Below are positions 37,179 through 49,783 of a stretch of 64,000 nt of DNA, piece by piece. Position 1 is the first letter of the stretch, and each line of letters begins with the position of its first letter. The DNA is taken from NCBI GenBank assembly GCA_025059745.1, contig JANXDH010000005.1, positions 77,150-141,149 of the forward strand, in the 5' to 3' direction. The notes beneath the pieces were generated by a model. It searched no databases. It was not told the DNA's origin and saw only the letters and a list, made by a program, of their open reading frames with translations. Position numbers and translations under genes: made by a program. The stretch is from Aigarchaeota archaeon (GTDB lineage: Archaea; Thermoproteota; Nitrososphaeria_A; Caldarchaeales; Calditenuaceae).

Positions 37179-37409
37179 TCAGACCACTATCGCGGTCTCA
37201 GTCCTCTCGACGCCATCGATCTTGTGGATCTTCGTTAGGATGAGATCGCCCGCTGCCTTCAAGTCTGCCGACTCGATCAGCACTATCACATCATACCTAC
37301 CGGTAACGGTGCAAACGCTCTTGCAACCGCCTATCTTCGAGATCTCGTCTGCGACCTTCTTCGCGGACCCAGCTCTGGTGTTGATCAGGACGAAGGCTTG
37401 TACCGCCAT
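37179..37409 (-). CDS. Stand-alone RAM domain protein (Lrp/AsnC C-terminal domain only, 76 aa)
   Basis: AFVLINTRAGSAKKVADEISKIGGCKSVCTVTGRYDVIVLIE.. is a typical beta-alpha-beta-beta-alpha-beta RAM signature. Confidence 0.75.
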   Translation of the reverse strand: MAVQAFVLINTRAGSAKKVADEISKIGGCKSVCTVTGRYDVIVLIESADLKAAGDLILTKIHKIDGVERTETAIVV

Positions 37410-37463
37410 GTGGTTGAGATCTCAGTGATCATTTATAAATGTTGTGACATGAAGGGCGAGAGA

Positions 37464-40598
<3,135 letters not shown>

Positions 40599-40708
40599 TA
40601 TGAACGCGCTCATTGCAACTCAGTTGCTCGCGCATCCTACCTACTAATTTAAGCCTTAGTAGGCATTCATCGTGACGTTGAACCAAAACTATATTGTAAT
40701 TTGCTTTC

Positions 40709-40715
40709 TTATAAA
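40709..40715 (-). promoter_or_regulatory. Candidate TATA box (TTTATAA) of the stand-alone 23S rRNA transcription unit
   Basis: AT-rich 145-bp spacer between the pdxT stop and the processing stem. The TATA-like element lies about 110 nt upstream of the stem, followed by a leader hairpin CCTACTAA/TTAGTAGG (40640..40663). Confidence 0.35.
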
Positions 40716-40743
40716 TTTTCAAGCATCTTGGCCCTATATGACC

Positions 40744-41364
40744 CTAAAAACAACCCTCTGGGCGGCCCTTGGCGATGTTTAGTAGCAGCTCGTGAAACTT
40801 GGTATCGCTCGTGAGTTCCGGGTGAAAGGACGTACCTATAGTACCCCCCTCAAGCACCGCAACAGGCCGGGTGCCGAGCGTAGCGAGAACCTCCACATCA
40901 CCTCCGACCTCCACTATCGCAGGAGCCCTGATGAAGACGGCCCTGAACCTGTCGATAGACAACCTGCGTACCTCTATCCACGACTCAAAGGACTCCCTCT
41001 GTCTACCGTACGTATTACGCTCCACCGTGATATCTAGGGTACCGATCAGAGGCTGTCTCGTCTCGCCGACCACCCTGTCATAGACCCTCTTCGCCAAGAG
41101 GATCAGGCCTGCACAGGTTCCCATGACCGGTAACCCTGACTCTATCCTCTCCTTTATCTCACTCATCACGTCGCGATAGACTGCCAGCTTACCCATGACC
41201 GTGCTCTCTCCACCGGGTATTATGAGACCGTCCACGTCCTTCAAATCAGACCTGTCCTTGACGACGATGACTCTGCAGTCTACGCCAATCCTCTCTCCTG
41301 CGATCCTGGATGCCTTTACGTGCTCCTCCACGTCACCCTGAAACCCGGTCACTCCTATGATCAT
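40744..41364 (-). CDS. pdxT: Pyridoxal 5'-phosphate synthase glutaminase subunit
   Basis: Class I amidotransferase motifs: GVTGFQGDVEEH, LIIPGGESTV, catalytic GTCAG and FHPE. Confidence 0.88.
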   Translation of the reverse strand: MIIGVTGFQGDVEEHVKASRIAGERIGVDCRVIVVKDRSDLKDVDGLIIPGGESTVMGKLAVYRDVMSEIKERIESGLPVMGTCAGLILLAKRVYDRVVGETRQPLIGTLDITVERNTYGRQRESFESWIEVRRLSIDRFRAVFIRAPAIVEVGGDVEVLATLGTRPVAVLEGGTIGTSFHPELTSDTKFHELLLNIAKGRPEGCF

Positions 41365-41443
41365 CTCAAAGACCCCGAGGTACCCATCTCGATCGATTTA
41401 AAGTAAAGCTGTGATGAGTATCTCGCCTCCCACAGACCATGCG

Positions 41444-42406
41444 TCACAGTATCCCCCGCTCCTGCATCCTGAGCTCGAGGTTCTTGACGTCCATGCCGAG
41501 CATCGACTTCGACTCATCGACCATCTTCTGAGCCTCGGCCACTATCTCTGGCCTGTCCCAGTACGTGGTCGCTATCACTATAGCTGAAGCCCTCTGGTGC
41601 GGATCTGACGACTTAAAGATCCCCGATCCCACGAATATACCGTCGCAGCCCAGGCTCATCATCAGTGCAGCGTCTGCAGGTGTCGCTATGCCTCCCGCGG
41701 CGAAGTTGACGACCGGTAACCTCCTCAACCTGGCGGTCTCCCTCGCTAGTTCAAACGAGACCCTCAGCTCCCTCGCGACCCTCGCGAGTTCTTGTTCATC
41801 GCCCTCCTCCTCTATGGCGACTAAACGCCTGATCTCATTGTTCAGGATGCGAACGTGCCTCACTGCCTCGGCTACGTTGCCGGTACCCGGTTCTCCCTTC
41901 GTCCTGATCATTGACGCTCCCTCCTCGATCCTTCTGAGCGCCTCGCCGAGGTCCCTAGCGCCGCATACGAATGGCGTCGTGAAGGCCCACTTCCATATGT
42001 GGCGTTCCTCATCTGCAGGCGTGAGCACCTCCGACTCATCTATCATATCGACGCCTACGCTCTCGAGTACCCTCGCCTCGTAGGTGTGGCCAATTCTACA
42101 CTTAGCCATGACGGGTATCGTCACGTGGTCCATAACCTCCTCGATCACCTTGAGGGATGCGGTCCTGGCGACCCCACCTGCCTTCCGGACGTCGTAGGGC
42201 AACTTATCAAGGACCATCACAGCCACCGCGCCAGCGTCTTCAGCGATCTGCGCCTGCTCAACGTTCGTCACGTCCATCACCACACCGTGCTTGCACATGT
42301 GAGCGAAACCCCTCTTGACTAGCGTGGTCCCTACGGTGACCTCCACATGGGATACTGTGGACCTCCTAGTACCCTGTTCTAAGGTCTCCCTCACCAACGA
42401 GATCAA
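41444..42406 (-). CDS. pdxS: Pyridoxal 5'-phosphate synthase lyase subunit
   Basis: [26 protein letters not shown].., [12 protein letters not shown].., [29 protein letters not shown]. Confidence 0.92.
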   Translation of the reverse strand: MISLVRETLEQGTRRSTVSHVEVTVGTTLVKRGFAHMCKHGVVMDVTNVEQAQIAEDAGAVAVMVLDKLPYDVRKAGGVARTASLKVIEEVMDHVTIPVMAKCRIGHTYEARVLESVGVDMIDESEVLTPADEERHIWKWAFTTPFVCGARDLGEALRRIEEGASMIRTKGEPGTGNVAEAVRHVRILNNEIRRLVAIEEEGDEQELARVARELRVSFELARETARLRRLPVVNFAAGGIATPADAALMMSLGCDGIFVGSGIFKSSDPHQRASAIVIATTYWDRPEIVAEAQKMVDESKSMLGMDVKNLELRMQERGIL

Positions 42407-42506
42407 GTCAACGTCCTAAATTAATCCCATCTCCAAGGATTTAAATATTAACGAGTGAGCGGTATCGAACGCATCGTTTTTTACTTGCGCTACAGGTCTC
42501 TAATAC

Positions 42507-43727
42507 GTGGAGTCCCGCACCCGATCGGTAGAGGTAAAGTTCCCACTGATAATAATAAGGAGCAGCAGGTTCGTCAAGCCCTTCGAGAGGATCGGTAGGC
42601 TCTCGGGAGTAAAGGAAGTCGGGTGGGTAAGCCTCGCGATCCTGCCGATACTCGCGGCGTTCACCATCTTCCTCCTGTCCTTCTCAGTGATAGCGACGAT
42701 CTCCAGGCCGGAGGTTCAAGAAGTGCAGCGAGAGGCTGGTGCGGGTGCTTTCCTCCTCATACCTGGGATCAATCCCTACATACCGATACTCTACGGGTGG
42801 ATAGCGATCGTCATCGCCATCATTCTCCATGAGGGCGCTCACGGAGTCATCGCGTCGAGGCTCGGTTTCAGGGTCAAGTCTGGCGGGTTGTTGCTTCTAC
42901 TTGGCATACCTGTAGGAGCCTTCGTAGAGCTGGACGATAAGGAGCTCCGGGAGAAGCGGACGAGGGACGTGAACCGTGTGATCTCCGCGGGTCCATTTGC
43001 GAACGTAGCGATAGCAGTCATATCACTGATCGTACTGATAGCGCTCACGAGTGGTCTGACGACTGTCGGCGATGTCGTCGTGGCCGACGTTGTAAAGGGT
43101 AGCCCGGCCGAGAGTGTAGGACTGAGTAAGGGTGACTTCATCCTCTCCATCGACGGCGAACCGGTGAGTAGCGTTACCGAGGTGGGGAACATAATATCGT
43201 CGAAGAGGGTGGGCGACACCGTAGAGCTCATGATCGGGAGGGGAGAGAGGCTCTCAAACCTGTTCACCATGAACGTCACGCTCGGTGACCTCGGTGACGG
43301 CAAGCCTAGACTGGGCGTCCTCCTCCAAGAGTTGAATGCAGATACGTACCTGGAGAATTACAAGAGCCAATCGCTCTCCAACCCCCTTATACACTTCATA
43401 ATACCAGACTTCTCGCCACGTGCGGCAGTGGTCCCACCATACGCGGACTCGATCGTCTGGCTTTACCATCACCCTACATTGGGTGACGCATACTCATACG
43501 TGGCGAAGTTCTTATTCTGGCTATGGTTCGTGAACGTGAACGTGGGACTCTTCAACGCTCTCCCGATCTTCCCATTGGACGGTGGCCAGGCCCTCAGGAA
43601 GGTGCTGTCATCCACCATCGGCCGGAGGACCGGGGAAGGGGTCGTGAACCTGATCACTACTGTAGTAGCCGTGCTACTCGTGGGAATGATCGCGCTCCTG
43701 ATAGCGTTCCCGTACCTGGCTAGATGA
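42507..43727 (+). CDS. Site-2 protease (M50 family) with PDZ domain
   Basis: HEGAHG (HExxH) in a TM helix, PDZ segment (VKGSPAESVGLSKGDFILSIDGEPV) and NALPIFPLDGG. GTG start. Confidence 0.85.
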   Translation: MESRTRSVEVKFPLIIIRSSRFVKPFERIGRLSGVKEVGWVSLAILPILAAFTIFLLSFSVIATISRPEVQEVQREAGAGAFLLIPGINPYIPILYGWIAIVIAIILHEGAHGVIASRLGFRVKSGGLLLLLGIPVGAFVELDDKELREKRTRDVNRVISAGPFANVAIAVISLIVLIALTSGLTTVGDVVVADVVKGSPAESVGLSKGDFILSIDGEPVSSVTEVGNIISSKRVGDTVELMIGRGERLSNLFTMNVTLGDLGDGKPRLGVLLQELNADTYLENYKSQSLSNPLIHFIIPDFSPRAAVVPPYADSIVWLYHHPTLGDAYSYVAKFLFWLWFVNVNVGLFNALPIFPLDGGQALRKVLSSTIGRRTGEGVVNLITTVVAVLLVGMIALLIAFPYLAR

Positions 43728-43785
43728 GAGTACTCAATTATATCGCGGACACGTTTATTACAAGGAATTGTCAGGTTAGATCTGA

Positions 43786-43861
43786 AGCGGGGTAGGGTAG
43801 CCAGGACTAACCCGCCGGGCTCATAACCCGGAGATCGGTGGTTCAAATCCACCCCCCGCTA
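43786..43861 (+). tRNA. Initiator tRNA-Met (anticodon CAT)
   Basis: A1:U72 acceptor end (AGCGGGG/CCCCGCT). Three consecutive G:C pairs close the anticodon stem (CCGGG/CCCGG). Loop CTCATAA. T-arm GGTGG-TTCAAAT-CCACC. Confidence 0.88.
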
Positions 43862-43890
43862 TTTTGTGAGGTGGATACGCGTTGATCGTT

Positions 43891-46800
43891 CTATGATGTA
43901 CTAGTTTCTGTCGGGGGGGAGGCCAATAGGCTCAGTAGGTAGAGCGCATTCAACTCCTGCCTAGCGAGTCTATTGACTGTCGGCGTGACGTGAGACACGA
44001 GCCTCTCCTTCCATCCCCTCGTGCCGACCACGATATCCAAGCTCCTCAACAACAAGTCTATGGGCGTGACGGAACCTGCCTCATCGCCCCCGAACGCCTC
44101 TACGACGTCCCTGAGCGTTGACCCCGATCCGAGAAGTTCGGTCACGTGGGGTGAGAGATCGACTATCAGGCCCTCCGATAAGAGACCTAGGAGCTTAGTC
44201 CTGAGAGACCTCATACCCATGACCTTGAGGCCCTCCTCGATCGAGCCGAGATCGTAGACGTAAATCTTAAACCCCTGATCTACGAGTCTGGAGATGTATA
44301 CCGACGACTCGATATACGCCTCGTCCGAGCCGTCCGGGGTGTGGATGCCCAGGGGGGCCTTGAGAGCCTCACCGTCGAAGACCGCAATCGAGTACAACGT
44401 GTAAGGGGAGGTCGACTCTTTAGAAGCCACCGAAGTCTCTCCGACCTGTATCATGTAGAGGAGTACCGTTGCCCTCTTCAGTGCCCTCGAGGGTCTGGGG
44501 AGCAACAGGTCCCTACCCCTGAACTCGACCCTCAGCTTCTCCCTAGCGAGGAACCTCTCGATGATCGAGATAGCATGGTGACGGGCGACCTCCCAGTCCA
44601 TCCCATTTGCGAAGAGCGCGGAGTAAGCGACCTCGTTCACGCTCTCAAGCAGTACCTCGTCCAGCTCATCGGGATTGTACTCCTCCACGAGGGACTTGAG
44701 GCGCATCCAGTCCATCCTCTCTAACAGTCCCGCCGAGTCAGGCTCGTGGACCGTGAGGAACTTCCTCTCACCCATCAGTGCGACGTCGTACTTTATCGTC
44801 TCGAGAGGTACGGAGAGCGTCCTCCGCATCACCAGCTCCATGAAGGCCGCCCCCAACCTAATCATATCGGGTTCAATTTTGGGATCGACCTCAACAGTGG
44901 TGCCATATGAGTAGTCGGCATAGTAGCCGTCTACCCTCGCGGGGACTATGAGGGTCTTACTCTCCCTGACTACGTAGGTCCTGTTCTCTCCCGTCACGAT
45001 GATCCTCGGTCTCCTGCTCCTGACCGTCCACACGGTCCTGTTCGGGACCTTCAGGTACTTGTTGAACCCCTCCGGAGGCCTGACCACGCAGACGACCTCG
45101 CTGTGTATTAAACCGGACCTGTAATCCCTCCTGATGCCCGGCCTCTCCCCCCACCTCTTCGAGAGGGCTACGTACTCCTCCAGAACGTACGCCAGTGGTT
45201 CATGCCTCCTCATAACCGGCTCCACGATGTCCTCCACGACGACCCCCGTGACGAGCCTCGAGTTCACTTCGGGCTTGATGAATTTGGTGACGACCCCGTC
45301 CGACGTATAATCGATACATCCGATCTGGAACCGTTCGACTAGATCTACGTGAGAAACGTCCTCGAGGTACCTCTCGGACTCCTCAAATTTTCTAACCCTC
45401 TTGACACCGTAAGGCGGAGCGAACTCGTAGAAGTTCAAGTTGTTGAACGCACGCCTCCCCCTAACATTCAACTTCAGGTCCTCCCTCAGTCCTAGGTTCA
45501 TGCACAGGTCGAGCTCTTCTTTCGTGGCGTAACGAGCTCTATTGGGGTTCGAGAGTCTCAGTAGCCCCTTCGTGAGAGTTATGTACTTGTTCGTCTCGTT
45601 CGTTATAACGATCTCACGAGGGAGGCTCAACCACTTCAGTAACGCGCCAGGCCCTCTCTTCAGCAGGTTGTAGTCCCATCCCGCAGACGGGAATATAACC
45701 GTCTCAGTCCTCTCGATGTCCTCCCTCCTCCCTTTCCTACCCTCCTTCTGGAGGAACTCTCTGAGAGTCTCGGGGAGTCCGATGTGTACGGTCCTGACTA
45801 TCCCGCCGATATCTATGCCCTGCGAGAGGGTCCTCGGAGAGACCAGTATCTTGACCTCTCCCCTCCTAGTCCTTTCCTCTATCTCAGCCCTGATTCTCTT
45901 CTCGAGGAGGTGGTGGTGAGTTGCCACCAGATCCCCTATCCTCTCCCTGAGTGATCTCCCGACCTCCTCCGCCTTGGCTATGCTCCTCGTGAAGACGATC
46001 GTTACCCCGTTGTCGCTAGCGTATCTCTCCAGCACCTCCACTGGGTCTGTCCCCAGTTCCTCAGAGACGTCCAAATTTGCGGCCCTCGCTATCTCGATCA
46101 ACTTGTAGACCGATGACCTGAAGCGATCGTAGTCCCTGAGTGCCTCCAGCACGTCCTGACCGACACCTAGAGCCCTCAGGGTCCCTTCGTGAGATCGCAT
46201 CCTCTCCCAGAGCGCCCTCAGGTCCTTTCCCAGTACCACGTAAGTCCAGTTGGTAGGCCTGAAGGCCTCACCGTCGATGACCGTCGTCTCTGCACCCGTC
46301 ACTTTCTTAAGGTACGCGGTCAACTCCTCAGGGTTCTTGAGCATAGCTGTCAAGAGGACCAGTCTCAGCTTATGCGAGAGTTCCTCTCTCATAATAGAGA
46401 TCATCGCCAACATGATAGCGAGGCTCCTCGGGTTGTAGAAGTCTAGGTCGTCTACGACCATGAGGTCGAGGTCCTCCAAGAACTCCCTAAGCAGGGGCGG
46501 CCTCTCGGTCCCCAGCCTCTTCAGCTCGTTGAGCAGGAACGCGGGGTTCGTGAGCACTACGTCGCTCCTGCTCAGCTCCTCCCTCAACTTCCTCGTCCCA
46601 ATTGACCTCCTGTACTCCTGTAAGGACGGTGAGTCTATGATGACCGCCCTCATCCCCAGTGCATCGCAGTACCTCCTCAGCCTGTTTACTTGGTCGTTAG
46701 CTAGCGCCAGCGTCGGATAGACCGTCAGCGCCCTCACCCTCTTCATCGCCACGTAGATGAACCAAGCCTCGGTCTTCCCTGAACCGGTCCCAGACCTGAG

Positions 46801-47079
46801 TATGACGTTCTCGCTCCTCTCGAGCGCCCTCAAGGTCTCCACCTGGTGACTGTACAGCTCCTTCGTTGCGATCTCGAGGTTCTGATCTAATTGAGGTACG
46901 AGGTCCTTGAACCTGATCCCAGCGCGGCTCGGCCTGACCCCCTCCGATCTCAGAGCGAAGTACTCGTAGCCGAGCGAATCGAGGACCTTCGACGTCTCCA
47001 TGTCCAGTCCCCTCCTCTCACTCCCAATTATAGGCCTTTCTGCGAGCTCATATATACCGTGCACCATTCGTAGATACAC
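43891..47079 (-). CDS. Large superfamily-2 DEAD/DEAH-type helicase with about 600-aa uncharacterised C-terminal region (YprA/MrfA-DUF1998-like layout, without the Cys4 cluster)
   Basis: Motif I SGTGSGKTEA, motif II VVDDLD, motif III-like LLTAM, motif VI QKEGRKGRR. The C-terminal part has no motif I recognise with certainty. Confidence 0.75.
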   Translation of the reverse strand: MYLRMVHGIYELAERPIIGSERRGLDMETSKVLDSLGYEYFALRSEGVRPSRAGIRFKDLVPQLDQNLEIATKELYSHQVETLRALERSENVILRSGTGSGKTEAWFIYVAMKRVRALTVYPTLALANDQVNRLRRYCDALGMRAVIIDSPSLQEYRRSIGTRKLREELSRSDVVLTNPAFLLNELKRLGTERPPLLREFLEDLDLMVVDDLDFYNPRSLAIMLAMISIMREELSHKLRLVLLTAMLKNPEELTAYLKKVTGAETTVIDGEAFRPTNWTYVVLGKDLRALWERMRSHEGTLRALGVGQDVLEALRDYDRFRSSVYKLIEIARAANLDVSEELGTDPVEVLERYASDNGVTIVFTRSIAKAEEVGRSLRERIGDLVATHHHLLEKRIRAEIEERTRRGEVKILVSPRTLSQGIDIGGIVRTVHIGLPETLREFLQKEGRKGRREDIERTETVIFPSAGWDYNLLKRGPGALLKWLSLPREIVITNETNKYITLTKGLLRLSNPNRARYATKEELDLCMNLGLREDLKLNVRGRRAFNNLNFYEFAPPYGVKRVRKFEESERYLEDVSHVDLVERFQIGCIDYTSDGVVTKFIKPEVNSRLVTGVVVEDIVEPVMRRHEPLAYVLEEYVALSKRWGERPGIRRDYRSGLIHSEVVCVVRPPEGFNKYLKVPNRTVWTVRSRRPRIIVTGENRTYVVRESKTLIVPARVDGYYADYSYGTTVEVDPKIEPDMIRLGAAFMELVMRRTLSVPLETIKYDVALMGERKFLTVHEPDSAGLLERMDWMRLKSLVEEYNPDELDEVLLESVNEVAYSALFANGMDWEVARHHAISIIERFLAREKLRVEFRGRDLLLPRPSRALKRATVLLYMIQVGETSVASKESTSPYTLYSIAVFDGEALKAPLGIHTPDGSDEAYIESSVYISRLVDQGFKIYVYDLGSIEEGLKVMGMRSLRTKLLGLLSEGLIVDLSPHVTELLGSGSTLRDVVEAFGGDEAGSVTPIDLLLRSLDIVVGTRGWKERLVSHVTPTVNRLARQELNALYLLSLLASPPTETSTS

Positions 47080-47133
47080 TTAGTCGGCCTTTTTCACCAC
47101 ACCGTATAGACCTCGAGGGTAAATGATGAGCAC

Positions 47134-47595
47134 TCATAAGATTGGCATCCAGAGCGCACAGAGCCACGAGACGATCGTGCCGTAGAGGAGGTGTAGCGCT
47201 ACGCTCAAGGTGATAGGCTTATGACCGAGCGGGTGCCTAGAGAGGTCGACACCGGTTATGGGCCTGTGGATGGGGTAGAGCGTGAGAACCCAGAGTATCA
47301 GACCGAAGACGGGGCCCAGGACCAGCGGGGTCAGCTCTGTGAGCTGTGGGACGGTCGATACCACGAGGGCGTAACTGACCGCGGCGAGACCCCCGTTGAT
47401 GAAGTGCAGTGCGAACCCGGGGACCAGAGACCTGTCAGGGGGGAGTCCCGTTAACCTAGATATTATCACCTGGTTCTCGTGCCACTCTAGGATCCCTATG
47501 GTTGACCACCTCCTCCAGAAGAAGTATTGAGGGACGCTCATGAGGGCCGTCGCTATCAGACCCGATATGAGGCCGATGAGCAGATCGTATATCAT
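47134..47595 (-). CDS. Hypothetical integral membrane protein (4 TM)
   Basis: Hydrophobic helices only; no family recognised. Confidence 0.5.
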   Translation of the reverse strand: MIYDLLIGLISGLIATALMSVPQYFFWRRWSTIGILEWHENQVIISRLTGLPPDRSLVPGFALHFINGGLAAVSYALVVSTVPQLTELTPLVLGPVFGLILWVLTLYPIHRPITGVDLSRHPLGHKPITLSVALHLLYGTIVSWLCALWMPIL

Positions 47596-47654
47596 TTGGA
47601 GAGGAGATTTTTTGAGTTAAAGATAAAAGTTATCCGGATTTAATGATATAGGCC

Positions 47655-48677
47655 ATGCGGTTCCGGAGGTTGCTAGTCCTCGTGAGCAGATCAGATTACC
47701 TCAAACGTGTCTCTCTTTACCTCTCAGATCTCACCGAAATCGATGTATCCGTGATAGAGGACGCCTCGGACCTCAGGGCCTCTGAAGAGGATCTGTTGAT
47801 GGTGGTGGGTGACGACAGAGAGGTCCTGAACTCGTTACACGCTCTACCGAGCCTCGACGTGAACGTCATCAACGTGGGCATAGAGTCGACCAAGAGTTTC
47901 CTGACGTCTGCGTCGATAGACGACTTGGAAGAGGTTATCGGTTCAGTAATCCGGGGAAACTTTAGGATCGACAGGGTCCCCCTATTAAGGCTCGAGACCT
48001 CTGAGGCGAGTTCAGGACCCGCCATAAATGAGGCGATAATATGTCCTCAGAGGACGGCCACGATCCTCCAGTACACCCTCTCCGTCGACGGTGAGTTGAT
48101 ATGGAAGGACAGGTCTGACGGCGTGATAGTGTCCACTTCGTTGGGGTCGACCGCATATGCACTCTCTGCAGGTGGCTCCCTGATCCATCACTCAGCCCCT
48201 GTATTCGAGGTCGTCCCGGTGAACTCGCTGGACCTGACGAGAAGACCGTTGGTGGTCTCTGCAAACTCAGAGATATCGATTGACGAAATTCACTCCTCAG
48301 TTGCTGTGGAGGCCGTGATCGACGGCTTCGAGAGGTTGAGGGTCGCTGACTCGCTGAAGATCAAGAAATATCCCGTGGAGTTACGGTTCGTGAGGCCCAC
48401 ATGGGTCCAACCGATATCTAACAGGATGGAGCGGAAGATCATGCTCGCGAGGAGCCTTATACCTCTACCACCGTCTGCAAAACTCATACTCAGGGTGCTC
48501 GAGTATGAGGGCAGCATGAACTACGATAGGTTACTGGAGAGCACCGCGTTACCCGAGAGGACGCTGAGGTATGGGTTGAATCGACTGATCTCTGCAGGCC
48601 TCGTCAGAAGGCTCAACGACCCATCCGACATTAGAAAAAAGCTCTACGAGATAGTAAAAGATCATCACACCAAATAA
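47655..48677 (+). CDS. NAD kinase-like protein fused to a C-terminal winged-helix DNA-binding domain
   Basis: NAD kinase motif STSLGSTAYALSAGGSLIH. The GGDGT box is degenerate (VVGDDREVL). The last ~80 aa (AKLILRVLEYEGSMNYDRLLESTALPERTLRYGLNRLISAGLVRR) look MarR/TrmB-like. Confidence 0.65.
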   Translation: MRFRRLLVLVSRSDYLKRVSLYLSDLTEIDVSVIEDASDLRASEEDLLMVVGDDREVLNSLHALPSLDVNVINVGIESTKSFLTSASIDDLEEVIGSVIRGNFRIDRVPLLRLETSEASSGPAINEAIICPQRTATILQYTLSVDGELIWKDRSDGVIVSTSLGSTAYALSAGGSLIHHSAPVFEVVPVNSLDLTRRPLVVSANSEISIDEIHSSVAVEAVIDGFERLRVADSLKIKKYPVELRFVRPTWVQPISNRMERKIMLARSLIPLPPSAKLILRVLEYEGSMNYDRLLESTALPERTLRYGLNRLISAGLVRRLNDPSDIRKKLYEIVKDHHTK

Positions 48678-48708
48678 GTATCCATGAACGCTCTCCATAC
48701 GGCGAGTG

Positions 48709-49296
48709 CTAAGAGATGAGCCTATCGATGAGCTTGGAGATATCCTCCCTCACCTGATCCAAGTCCCTGTTAGCGTCTATAGATTCAAGCTCCTCCTCAT
48801 TCACAAGCTCCAAGTACACCTTTCTTACCCTCCTCAATATTTCAACGTCCTCCTCACTGTACCTCCTGACGCCCATCTTCCTCCTGAGACCCAGCTCTGG
48901 GTCTACGTCCAAGTATATCGAGAGGTCAGGTATCCTGGCGAACCTGTTCAACTCCTCGACCCACCCCCTGTCCTTCAGCATCGCACCTTGGTAGGCGATA
49001 GTAGAGTACATGTACCTGTCAGAGACTATCACCTTGCCCTTCGCGATCTCGGGCTCTATGACCCTCCTCAGGTGATGAAGTCTGTCCGCGGAGAAGAGTA
49101 GCGCGTCGACACGAGGGTCCGCCACGCGGCGTGGCGTCCAGTCCCGCAGTAACCTGCCTATCGCGCCGTCCGTAGGTTCTTTCGTATAGATGACTTCTCT
49201 ACCCCTCCTTCTCAGGTACCTTACGATCCAGCGCGCGTTGAGAGTCTTCCCTGCGCCATCGATCCCCTCCACCACTATCAGCGCACCCTCCCTCAT
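48709..49296 (-). CDS. tmk: Thymidylate kinase
   Basis: P-loop VEGIDGAGKT, TKEPT and the DRY motif (VSDRYMYS). Start set at the internal ATG 49296 (49320 is an alternative). The long upstream ORF extension overlaps the divergent gene and looks non-coding. Confidence 0.8.
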   Translation of the reverse strand: MREGALIVVEGIDGAGKTLNARWIVRYLRRRGREVIYTKEPTDGAIGRLLRDWTPRRVADPRVDALLFSADRLHHLRRVIEPEIAKGKVIVSDRYMYSTIAYQGAMLKDRGWVEELNRFARIPDLSIYLDVDPELGLRRKMGVRRYSEEDVEILRRVRKVYLELVNEEELESIDANRDLDQVREDISKLIDRLIS

Positions 49297-49453
49297 ACTC
49301 GAGAATAAACTGCACCTCATTGAAATAGGTGTAATGGGCGCGGGCACGCCATGGAACTCTCGTACGGCATATTGCGGTAATACCACACGCTCCCCCCTCC
49401 AGAACTCAAAAAAACCTAAAAATAGAGTATCTACGAACAAATCTCGAGAAGGT

Positions 49454-49630
49454 ATGCCACGCGAGATGGTTATAGTGGAGTCAAAGGTCAGGGAGCTGCT
49501 ACCCGAGGGGATAAGGCTGAGCAGTGACGCCCTCCAAGGCCTCGACGCAGCCGTAAAACAGCTGATCCAGAAGGCCGTCGAGCGCGCGAGGGCTAACGAC
49601 CGGAAGACGATCATAAAGGAGGACTTCTAG
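49454..49630 (+). CDS. Small histone-fold-like protein (DUF1931-like, 58 aa)
   Basis: MPREMVIVESKVRELLPEGIRLSSDALQGLDAAVKQLIQKAVERARANDRKTIIKEDF shows the helix-strand-helix pattern and the ...A...GRKT(V/I)..ED ending of histone-fold proteins. Family assignment is from memory. Confidence 0.5.
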   Translation: MPREMVIVESKVRELLPEGIRLSSDALQGLDAAVKQLIQKAVERARANDRKTIIKEDF

Positions 49631-49783
49631 GGGCGCCCCCAAAAACATCATTCCGAAACCCGCTTTTTGATCGCTAACTACAATCGTATGCGCTATATTG
49701 GTTTATTGAGTTTATCGAATCTCCTCTCAACTCTCAAGCAAACGTTTATCTTAAGCCCCTGATAGATAACGGCGGTGGTGTTG

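Noticed and set aside
43469-43852. 127-aa minus-strand ORF.
   Set aside because: It runs antisense through the 3' end of the site-2 protease gene and across the initiator tRNA gene.
48709-49614. Full 301-aa version of the thymidylate kinase ORF, and the 146-aa version of 49190..49630.
   Set aside because: The two long forms overlap each other on opposite strands. The Tmk P-loop begins just after the internal ATG at 49296, and the histone-fold-like sequence begins at ATG 49454, so the N-terminal extensions are taken as non-coding.
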